Below are positions 5,987-13,185 of a stretch of 13,869 nucleotides of DNA, one piece after another (positions within the stretch are counted from its first letter, which is position 1; each line of letters starts with the position of its first letter). Origin of the DNA: an uncultured archaeon (GTDB lineage Archaea; Asgardarchaeota; Lokiarchaeia; Sigyniarchaeales; Promethearchaeaceae); NCBI GenBank assembly GCA_964426185.1, contig CAYRPF010000001.1, positions 31,798-45,666 on the forward strand, in the 5' to 3' direction. The translations under genes and the position numbers were made by a program. The notes beneath the pieces are model-generated. The model saw nothing but the letters and a program-made list of their open reading frames with translations, did not search any database and was not told the DNA's origin.

Positions 5987-8257
5987 TTGACTAAAAATTC
6001 TTATTCCTATCCTCGGTTATCCAAGAGCACCACCCCGAAATTAATTTGGGAAAGAAAATCTCTTAAACCTTTGAAATTACCGAATATTAAATTGCAGTCA
6101 GTATTAAGTTGGAAGCCACAATTTGATCTTCAAAAAGGTTCCAATAAACATCCTTATTCCCATATTCTTGAATTTCCTTCCAGCTGGAAAAACTGGCTAA
6201 TTTTAGGCGATTCCTTGCTTGCAATGCATGCTTTAATCCAGCAAGGTTTTGAGAATTCCATCCAAATGGTTTACATTGATCCCCCCTACGGTATAAATTA
6301 TAAACCAAAATCCAATGTTAACCAAATTTCGACAGATGGTTATGTGGATACATGGAAAAACGGATTGGGGTCATATTTAGAACATTTACGCGAACGCTTA
6401 CTATTAATTAGGCATCTTTTGCATCCAACTGGCTCGGTTTTCTTGCAAATTGGTCAAAAAAACATGCATTATGTGCGATGTTTAATGGATGAAATATTTG
6501 GAGATGAGAATTGTGTGAATGTTATCACTTTTCGGACTGCCATCAGCACGAATAACGTGTTAAATATTGCTGATCATTTGCTTTGGTATGCCAAAGATAA
6601 ATCTAAAGTATTTCAACGGAATTTATTCGTGGATCGCCCTTATGAAAAACAGGTAAAAACATTCACTTATACTGATGGAATCCAAAAATATAAGCCGCAA
6701 GAATTGGTTATCCGAAGAAAAAAGGCTAAAGTAAAAAGTAAACCACAAATCAATGCAAAAAGTAATGTAAAAAGTAAGATAAAAAGCCAAAAGACCGCTC
6801 AAAGAGCCACTAGATTATTCTCAGTAGAATTTCAAGGAAAGTCATTCATCCCTCCTGAAGGGTTTGAGTGGCGCTGGGATAGAGATGCACTTAATCAGTT
6901 GAAAAAAGAAAACCGTTTGGCTGAAATCAACGGAAAATTGTATGGAAAGAGATATGAATCAGATTTTCCCTACATGATTCTGACAAATGTATGGATGGAT
7001 ACCAGCACAAGTACGTTTGCAGCTCGTAAGCATTATGCAGTTCATACCAATCCAAAAGTAATCTGGCGCTGCATGGCAATTACAACCAGACCGGGGGATT
7101 TAATATTAGATCCTACCTTAGGATCAGGAACGTCGGTGGTTGTAGCTGAGAAATATGGGCGCAGGTGGATCGGAATCGATTCAAATCCCGCTTCAATTCG
7201 TTCTTCTCTTAGTTGGTTATTTGAGAAACCCTTTCCTATCTTTAAAAAAGATGAAAACACGAATGAATTCCAATACCAAAAATTTGAAAAAATTAGTTTG
7301 AGTAATATTGCCAATGCCCGAGTCAGTTCTAATGATTTCCTATATGATCGACCTATTAAAGCTGGAAAGCTGATTCGATTCCCCCAATATTTTGAATTAT
7401 TGGTTAATATCACAAATTCTCTTGGTGATTCTTCAAAAAATGAAACCATCACCATGGATTCTTTGCCATTTGCCATTGATATAAAAGCCATTCTGGAGTC
7501 TGTTTCTATCCCTAATCGTAATGGCGAGTTATCTTCAATAATGAAAGTAGTTCCAATCAATCCAGCATTAGATTGTGATTTAAATGTAATTCCGCTTAAA
7601 AGTTATGAGTATTATGAAATTCACACTGCCTCTTCCATCTTTTTGGCGATATCCGTACCATTCTTAGTTCCTATTGATGAATTGGAATTAATCAACCATA
7701 TTAATCAATTTTTCTCTGAAAATTCGATGTCTTATGAATCTCTAATTCTATTAATCTCACTCGGCCAATTAAGTTGGGGGGTTTATTCTCAATTCTACAA
7801 GAAATTTGGGCCGAGTTCACCGCTTTTCAATAGATTACGCTTGGGTTATTTCCACCCTATTTTATCCGTGCCTCACATAAATATCCGATATCGTAGTAAT
7901 AATACCAATATCGTTTCTTTTAATTCTTGGATTGAGTTTTCCCATAGAATATCTGCTGATTTAATTGATGAGAAAGAATCTTTATTTTGGGCCATATTCC
8001 CATATGATTTATCCGACCAATATCTTTCTCATCAAGTTAAAACTGCTTTAATTTTCCCGCTTGGGAAAAAATATATCATGGGCAATCTATCCTGCTTTCA
8101 AAAGTCAATAGCTAATCGACTTAATGCTTCTACATTTAGTGAGATTGAAAGAATCTTTTCGGAATTTTCTGCCAAAATTTCCGACAATAAATTTCATTTG
8201 TGCATTTGGGATAGTAAAGGATGTATTCACTACGGATTCTTTGAACCACATGAATAA
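5987..8257 (+). CDS. Site-specific amino-DNA methyltransferase, beta class (N6_N4_Mtase; Type III Mod-like), no adjacent restriction subunit
   Basis: Catalytic motif IV YIDPPY (DPPY at 6278-6289) precedes SAM-binding motif I ILDPTLGSGTS (from about 7103), followed by GRRWIGID. This is beta-class order. Also LILGDSL and DTW...SYL..LRERL. TTG start is uncertain. Confidence 0.9.
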   Translation: MTKNSYSYPRLSKSTTPKLIWERKSLKPLKLPNIKLQSVLSWKPQFDLQKGSNKHPYSHILEFPSSWKNWLILGDSLLAMHALIQQGFENSIQMVYIDPPYGINYKPKSNVNQISTDGYVDTWKNGLGSYLEHLRERLLLIRHLLHPTGSVFLQIGQKNMHYVRCLMDEIFGDENCVNVITFRTAISTNNVLNIADHLLWYAKDKSKVFQRNLFVDRPYEKQVKTFTYTDGIQKYKPQELVIRRKKAKVKSKPQINAKSNVKSKIKSQKTAQRATRLFSVEFQGKSFIPPEGFEWRWDRDALNQLKKENRLAEINGKLYGKRYESDFPYMILTNVWMDTSTSTFAARKHYAVHTNPKVIWRCMAITTRPGDLILDPTLGSGTSVVVAEKYGRRWIGIDSNPASIRSSLSWLFEKPFPIFKKDENTNEFQYQKFEKISLSNIANARVSSNDFLYDRPIKAGKLIRFPQYFELLVNITNSLGDSSKNETITMDSLPFAIDIKAILESVSIPNRNGELSSIMKVVPINPALDCDLNVIPLKSYEYYEIHTASSIFLAISVPFLVPIDELELINHINQFFSENSMSYESLILLISLGQLSWGVYSQFYKKFGPSSPLFNRLRLGYFHPILSVPHINIRYRSNNTNIVSFNSWIEFSHRISADLIDEKESLFWAIFPYDLSDQYLSHQVKTALIFPLGKKYIMGNLSCFQKSIANRLNASTFSEIERIFSEFSAKISDNKFHLCIWDSKGCIHYGFFEPHE

Positions 8258-8500
8258 ATCTTACATTTCAAAAAACATAAATAGTCACATTGTTTTCATT
8301 TATGTGGTATGAGTGACAAAACAATTTTTTTAAGAAGTGCAAGAAATCGAAATTATAGTTCCCCTTTCGATCCAATGGATCATAATCAATTAAAAGAGAG
8401 GCAACTGCAAATTTCAAATGATACTTTGGAACTAATATCCGATAATCGTAAAGATTTTCGCCGATATCAACAATTTATTTTCCAATTCTAACTTCTATAT

Positions 8501-8926
8501 CTATTTATAATGTGTTACAATCTTTTTCAGCCTATAAATTACTTTTGAATTACATTTTGGACAAACATCAAACCTTCCCGCGGCTTTCCATTCATAATCG
8601 CAGTCCCAGCAACCCCATCCATACCAGTCTTCATAACAAACATCGCCTCCAATAATTTCAAAATCCTTATTTTCAACCAATGCTTTCGCCAATTTTTCCA
8701 TTGCATTTCGTAAAATTCGGGAAAAAGTTGGTTGAGACACTTTTAAATTAGCAGCGCATTCCGCTTGAGAAAGTTTACAGTAATTATACAACCTTATTGC
8801 TTCATATTCTTCCAATGTAATCACAACTAGTTCTAATTCATCGGAATTTCTAGTAATATTCTTGTAGTAGGTTCTTTTTTTGTGAAAAGATTCCGGGTCA
8901 ATCACTCGAATAAGTCTGCGCGGCAT
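8501..8926 (-). CDS. DUF134 family HTH protein with C-terminal Zn ribbon (copy A)
   Basis: Signature LEEYEAIRL...LSQAECA..LKVSQPTFSRIL..A..KLAKALVE...IIGG, then CWDC-x12-CPKC. The ATG overlaps the upstream stop (TAATG at 8928-8924). Confidence 0.9.
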   Translation of the reverse strand: MPRRLIRVIDPESFHKKRTYYKNITRNSDELELVVITLEEYEAIRLYNYCKLSQAECAANLKVSQPTFSRILRNAMEKLAKALVENKDFEIIGGDVCYEDWYGWGCWDCDYEWKAAGRFDVCPKCNSKVIYRLKKIVTHYK

Positions 8927-9324
8927 TATAAGTAACCTCCAACTGGTTCAAACAATAATTGTAGATTTCCATCTTTAAATGCATTGAAATTTTCTTTTAC
9001 GGTGCCAAAGGTCCCTAAATACAACCTAATATTCGCTTGTAGAAGACCTGCTTTAACCTTATTTCCTATTCTTAAAACAACAATATCTGTTACATTCAAG
9101 TTTTTAAGCATTAGAACCTGAGACATACATTCTCCTTGCTGATGGGGGGCATTTTGAATAATTTCGACACTTTCTACTTGTTCCTTCTCTGGATTATATG
9201 TAATTATGGTAAAAGCGGGCGTATGTCCAAAGTGCTTGGTTAGTTCTGCATGAAGCCCTTGAATTGAACTCGGAAAGGCAATTTTTAACATAGTATTATC
9301 ACGTAGAGACAAAATACAAATCAT
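8926..9324 (-). CDS. NifB/NifX family (MTH1175/ORP-like) metal-cluster-binding protein, divergent copy
   Basis: KIAFPS...HFGHTPAFTI...NAPHQQGEC...GTVKEN..AF..G.L. The real start may be ATG 9291 (MLKIAFP). Confidence 0.85.
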   Translation of the reverse strand: MICILSLRDNTMLKIAFPSSIQGLHAELTKHFGHTPAFTIITYNPEKEQVESVEIIQNAPHQQGECMSQVLMLKNLNVTDIVVLRIGNKVKAGLLQANIRLYLGTFGTVKENFNAFKDGNLQLLFEPVGGYL

Positions 9325-9412
9325 TAATACTTAAATGATGGTTCTAAGAATATATTTCAAATAAAAAATACAGGCGTTGACCTATTCTGCTAAAAATTAC
9401 ATCTTATAATTA

Positions 9413-10384
9413 TCATGAAATAAGATCTAACTGCTTTTGCCATAATTTTTGTGAAATTTTCTCGAATTCGTGAGAAATTTTATCATCTTCCAAGAATTTG
9501 ACAATTGGTTGCTGATTTACTATGGCGTATGGCCATCTTTCGTTCAGTGGAAAAGAACCAAGAATTTCCCAACCCTTTTGGTTGAAATATTCGGTCATTT
9601 TATTATACATTTCAGGATTCATATCTCGTTTATTAATAATTATCCCAAATGGAATATTAAACGATGATACAATTGAAATTGCTCTTTTAACATCATGTAG
9701 TGCGGCGGTAGTCGGTTCGGTGACCAAAATAACAAAATCAACCCCAGTTACAGCGGCTAAAACTGGGCAACCTATTCCTGGCGGGCCATCCATTAAAAGT
9801 AACTTCCTTTTTTCTTCTTGAGCTCGAGATTCCGCTACTTTCCGCAATTCCGTAACCATTTTTCCGCTAGTTTGAGATCCCAGAATAGTTTCCCCTGAAA
9901 TTAAAGGGAAATCATAATCGGTTTGAAAGGAAGTTATTGTTCCACTATTAACTGAGGCAATTTTAAACGCATGGGTGGGGCATAATAGATGGCAGGCTCT
10001 ACAACCTTCACAAGCGATGGTATCAACAATGGGTATCTTATTTTGCTCATCCCAAGATAAGGCATCAAATGAGCAGAAGTTTTGATCAATGCATTGCTTG
10101 CAATGGATGCATTTTTCTGGAAGAAATTCAGCTTTTTCAGTCGTTTGGACTGTTCGAACTGTCTTATTTTGGTCAAAAGCATTATTTTCGAGCGGGCGAA
10201 ATAAAATAGCTAAATTGGCTGCATCAACATCTGCATCAGCAACTATAATTGAGTGGTTTTGTTTAGCCAGCATAAATGCTAAACTTGAAGTAATCGAAGT
10301 TTTTCCTACGCCCCCTTTTCCCGAAATCACAGTTACAGTGAATAGCTTTGATTTGGAATCGGATTCGGATTTTCCAGAAACCAT
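9413..10384 (-). CDS. MinD/ParA-superfamily P-loop ATPase with inserted 2x[4Fe-4S] ferredoxin domain
   Basis: Deviant Walker A SGKGGVGKT, DADVDAANL, CIHCKQC-x5-C, CEGCRACHLLCP, SGKMV, DGPPGIGCPV, VTEPT. The ATG directly abuts the upstream stop, with a GGAG SD-like sequence upstream. Confidence 0.93.
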   Translation of the reverse strand: MVSGKSESDSKSKLFTVTVISGKGGVGKTSITSSLAFMLAKQNHSIIVADADVDAANLAILFRPLENNAFDQNKTVRTVQTTEKAEFLPEKCIHCKQCIDQNFCSFDALSWDEQNKIPIVDTIACEGCRACHLLCPTHAFKIASVNSGTITSFQTDYDFPLISGETILGSQTSGKMVTELRKVAESRAQEEKRKLLLMDGPPGIGCPVLAAVTGVDFVILVTEPTTAALHDVKRAISIVSSFNIPFGIIINKRDMNPEMYNKMTEYFNQKGWEILGSFPLNERWPYAIVNQQPIVKFLEDDKISHEFEKISQKLWQKQLDLIS

Positions 10385-11419
10385 TTATTTATCTCCCTCT
10401 CTGATTTTTTGTTTTTTTAGATTTTCATTTGAACTTTTTTTCGTTTTTAGAAATTCTTCAGTTAAAATCTCTTGAATTTGTTCAAAAATTTCGAGAAATT
10501 GAGTTTTCGCCGGAAAAGTCCTTGGATCAAGTGAAAATGGTTCACCAAGGGCGTAATCCTCCATCAAGGTTTTATCTACATCTACTGAACCTAAATATTC
10601 TATAGATTCATAACTTGAAAGCCTTTTTGATAGATCTTCTCCTTCTTTAGTAAGATTTGCCCGATTGATTATAAAGTAGGAATTCTTGTCAATAATTTCC
10701 AGCAATTCCAGAATTCGATTCAAATCATGTTCTCCGAAGGGTGTCGGTTCGGTAATGCTTATGACCATATCTGAAGCATTCAAGATTTTTTCTACATCAC
10801 AATGAGCACCTGGCGCAGAATCGAAGATAATCAGATCATATTTAGAATAAATTTCAGGTTTTTGAACTTCATCGATCAAATGCTCCACGATATGTGCAGA
10901 TAAGGCTTCAGATGGAGTTAATTCGCCCACCAACAGATCCAATCCTTCATAGGTTTGTGGATAATAATATTTCTTTCCAATGGGGCGATAACTTGAATCA
11001 ATTGCATTATATGAGCATATTTTTTGACAAACCTCGCATCCCGAACATAAATGTGGCATAACTGAAGGAAAATGATCTGGAAACTGAAGGATTGCATGCC
11101 GATAACATGCTTTTTGACAATCCCCGCATTTTACGCATGCATTTTTATTGAATTTTGGCACGAAAATATCGATAGATTGAGATTCAACTGATTCATCGTC
11201 CAATTTTTTACCCAGTAAGATATAGGAATTTGGATTTTCAACATCGCAATCAACTAAAAGTACCTTGAAATTGTTTTTGCTGAAGGTTACCGCTAAGTTA
11301 GTGGCGATAAGGGTCTTACCTGTTCCACCCTTTCCACCAGTTACTGCCAAAATAGGCGGAAAAGATGAATTGGAGGATGTATGAGAGGAAATTTTTTCAT
11401 CACTCTGTTCTTCATTCAT
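10385..11419 (-). CDS. MinD/ParA-superfamily P-loop ATPase with inserted 2x[4Fe-4S] ferredoxin domain (paralog)
   Basis: GGKGGTGKT, DCDVENPN, CVKCGDCQKAC, CSGCEVCQKIC, DSAPGAHC, TEPTPFGEHDL. Confidence 0.93.
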   Translation of the reverse strand: MNEEQSDEKISSHTSSNSSFPPILAVTGGKGGTGKTLIATNLAVTFSKNNFKVLLVDCDVENPNSYILLGKKLDDESVESQSIDIFVPKFNKNACVKCGDCQKACYRHAILQFPDHFPSVMPHLCSGCEVCQKICSYNAIDSSYRPIGKKYYYPQTYEGLDLLVGELTPSEALSAHIVEHLIDEVQKPEIYSKYDLIIFDSAPGAHCDVEKILNASDMVISITEPTPFGEHDLNRILELLEIIDKNSYFIINRANLTKEGEDLSKRLSSYESIEYLGSVDVDKTLMEDYALGEPFSLDPRTFPAKTQFLEIFEQIQEILTEEFLKTKKSSNENLKKQKIREGDK

Positions 11420-11456
11420 TTTAGGGTTTCCTGAAAGATCTTCTTACTTATGTTTT

Positions 11457-11852
11457 TTACAGACGATGGTGACCTGGATTTGTTGCTCCCGAAATTTCTT
11501 CCAGCTGATTGTTAAGGTAGGCAGTGACTAAATCCTTAACTTTGGGATTATCTTGCGATAATGTGCTATACATGCGTATATTGGCTTGTTTTAGTGCGTT
11601 TGCTGCGTTAGGGCCATAATTTGCACCTAAAATTGCATTCACACCTTCTTCGGCAATTGATTGAACGGCTACTGGCCCAGCACCTCCCATTGCATTACTT
11701 CCTTGGTTTTGAATAACGGATACACTTTCAATTTCTCCATTCTGAAGAGTAACAATGGTAAAATAAGGACAACGTCCAAATCGGGTTGTAGATATGGCTT
11801 TAAGACCTTCATCTGAGGTACTAGGGACTGCTATTTTTAAGGGATTTGACAT
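11457..11852 (-). CDS. NifB/NifX family (MTH1175/ORP-like) metal-cluster-binding protein
   Basis: KIAVPS...RFGRCPYF...GGAG...NYGPNA...L..A.I, with a C-terminal HH. GTGAG SD-like sequence upstream. Confidence 0.9.
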   Translation of the reverse strand: MSNPLKIAVPSTSDEGLKAISTTRFGRCPYFTIVTLQNGEIESVSVIQNQGSNAMGGAGPVAVQSIAEEGVNAILGANYGPNAANALKQANIRMYSTLSQDNPKVKDLVTAYLNNQLEEISGATNPGHHRL

Positions 11853-11901
11853 GTTTTCATCTCACTTTAACTTAGAAATTTTTAGATTTATTCAAAATAT
11901 A

Positions 11902-11915
11902 TGAATACCCATTCA
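11902..11915. promoter_or_regulatory. Candidate operator, site 1 (TGAAT-ACCC-ATTCA)
   Basis: Same half-sites and spacing as the perfect palindrome at 11966-11985. Lies about 50 nt upstream of the minus-strand operon start. Confidence 0.6.
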
Positions 11916-11933
11916 AAAAAAGAATTCAAAGAC

Positions 11934-11941
11934 TTTAAATA
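11934..11941 (+). promoter_or_regulatory. Putative archaeal TATA box (TTTAAATA) for DUF5320
   Basis: Matches the TTTAWATA consensus with an A-rich upstream flank, about 70-80 nt before the DUF5320 start. Confidence 0.45.
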
Positions 11942-11965
11942 TTTAGATTAAGTTACATAACTTAG

Positions 11966-11985
11966 TTATGAATAATTATTCATAA
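11966..11985. promoter_or_regulatory. Perfect 20-bp palindrome TTATGAATAATTATTCATAA (candidate operator, site 2)
   Basis: Exact reverse-complement symmetry. Located in the divergent promoter region between NifX and DUF5320. Confidence 0.75.
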
Positions 11986-12013
11986 TATTTAAATATATAA
12001 TGGGATGGTAAAA

Positions 12014-12364
12014 ATGCCTTACGGAGACAGAACTGGTCCAAATGGTCTGGGCCCACGCACGGGCCGAGGTTTAGGTTATTGCAATGGCTATCCTTATCCA
12101 GGATATGCAAATCCTGTAGGAGGTCCTCCTCTCTTCTTAGGTAGAGGGAGAGGCGGAGGTTGGGGCCGAGGTGGCGGTAGAAGGGGCTTTGGTCGCGGTG
12201 CCCTTTATTGGGGTGCTGTTCCCGGAGTTAGTTATCCTTATGCTGCACCTGCCCTTAATCCAGAAGATCAGAAAAAAACATATGAAGCCTATGTAAATAA
12301 TCTTGAAACTGAATTAGAGAATGCAAAGAAGTATTTGGCCGAATTAAACAAAGCTTCTGAATAA
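12014..12364 (+). CDS. DUF5320 family protein (Gly/Arg-rich, C-terminal coiled coil)
   Basis: Signature MPYGDRTGP.G.GP.TGRGLGYC.G...PGY, RG-rich middle GRGRGGGWGRGGGRRGFGRG, and a C-terminal heptad helix. ORF is open from 12005; ATG 12014 fits the family N-terminus. Confidence 0.88.
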   Translation: MPYGDRTGPNGLGPRTGRGLGYCNGYPYPGYANPVGGPPLFLGRGRGGGWGRGGGRRGFGRGALYWGAVPGVSYPYAAPALNPEDQKKTYEAYVNNLETELENAKKYLAELNKASE

Positions 12365-12373
12365 ATTGGAAAA

Positions 12374-12408
12374 TTTTTTTGTTTTTTCTTTTCTTTTCTT
12401 ATCCTTTT
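12374..12408 (+). terminator. T-rich terminator region between the convergent DUF5320 and Lrp genes
   Basis: TTTTTTTGTTTTTTCTTTTCTTTTCTT tract immediately after the DUF5320 stop. Confidence 0.55.
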
Positions 12409-12412
12409 AAAA

Positions 12413-12976
12413 TTATTCCAAATTTAATTCTTCAGGAGAACGTTTGTTGGCTTTTTCTCTATCTGCTGCACAAAGAGGGTTAAATTTACAAGGATCATCC
12501 GTATCTACCATTGATTCCATGGTCATATTTAATGGGAAAATAATAGGTTTAGCCATGGAAGTAACTAAATCCATTTGTATCTTACTTACATATGGTTTGT
12601 TTCTGAAATGTCTGTCCATCACTGCATCTAAATGTTTCAAATTGCGCGAAGCCATAAAAATTGTCATATTATAATCTCCAGTTGACTTAATAGCATTGAT
12701 TACGAATGGACAGTATTCACATAATTCCATAACATCATTCGTTCGGCTAGTTTTCATGTTAACCCGTAATAGATTAAGTTCTGGAATTTTCTGAAAATTT
12801 ACTCCAATTTGAGTGGCGATTAATCCCTTTTCTGTTAACTTCTTGATGCGCGCGCCTATAGCAGGCTGAGATAAGCCTAAAATATTTGCTATTTTTGAGT
12901 GAGTAATAGAAGGGTCAAGCTGAAGTTGATTGATAATGGCTTTATCGGTAGCATCAAGATAAAATTTTTTTTTCAT
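12413..12976 (-). CDS. Lrp/AsnC family transcriptional regulator with Cys-containing effector domain and tail
   Basis: N-terminal HTH LDATDKAIINQLQLDP.IT...IA..LGLS..AI..RIKKL...GLI. RAM-domain motif STGDYNM. Additional CEYC and C-x5-C. Confidence 0.9.
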   Translation of the reverse strand: MKKKFYLDATDKAIINQLQLDPSITHSKIANILGLSQPAIGARIKKLTEKGLIATQIGVNFQKIPELNLLRVNMKTSRTNDVMELCEYCPFVINAIKSTGDYNMTIFMASRNLKHLDAVMDRHFRNKPYVSKIQMDLVTSMAKPIIFPLNMTMESMVDTDDPCKFNPLCAADREKANKRSPEELNLE

Positions 12977-13135
12977 TATTCAAAGAAAACGAGTATTTAG
13001 TGAGTATTTATTTTTTCCTTTTCCACCAACCTTTGAAAATTTCTAACGTTAACTAAGATGTTGAAATTTACCTATGTTCTTAATTTTCATTTCCAACAGT
13101 TTATTAAAGAAATTAACACTGATTATTATTAGTAG

Positions 13136-13149
13136 TGAACTATAGTTGA
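13136..13149. promoter_or_regulatory. Candidate operator, site 3 (TGAAC-TATA-GTTGA) upstream of DUF134 copy B
   Basis: One mismatch from a perfect 14-bp palindrome, with the same 5-4-5 architecture as sites 1 and 2. Starts 36 nt after a TATA-like TTTATTAA (13100-13107). Confidence 0.5.
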
Positions 13150-13185
13150 ATAGATTATAATTCAAATAAATTGAGAGAAAAAAAT

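Noticed and set aside
6281-6286. C6 homopolymer as a phase-variation tract in the MTase
   Set aside because: It is short and simply encodes the Pro-Pro of the catalytic DPPY motif.
7042-7560. 172-aa antisense ORF inside the methyltransferase
   Set aside because: Fully overlaps a motif-bearing gene on the opposite strand and has no recognisable features. It is a shadow ORF.
8309-8491. 60-aa ORF between the MTase and DUF134a
   Set aside because: No motif or clear SD. It could be a real small protein but is not supportable from sequence alone, and it is far too short to be a Res subunit.
9410-9415. Selenocysteine read-through at the TGA stop of ATPase2
   Set aside because: The TGA is immediately followed by TAA, the protein is full-length, and no Cys-equivalent position is involved.
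9470-10475. Short alternative ORFs within the ATPase genes (9470, 9522, 9934, 10089), and similar ones inside the patatin, GNAT, AIM24 and Lrp genes
   Set aside because: Antisense or out-of-frame shadows of well-supported genes.
8926-11852. Nitrogen fixation (nifB/nifX/nifH) or cobyrinic acid a,c-diamide synthase assignment
   Set aside because: No nifHDK/nifEN or radical-SAM domain is present. The ATPases have ferredoxin inserts and no glutaminase domain. These are common family-level mislabels.
13146-13165. TTGAAT-N8-ATTCAA inverted repeat as a fourth operator copy
   Set aside because: The half-sites match but the spacer is 8 rather than 4 nt, and it overlaps site 3. It is not counted without binding data.
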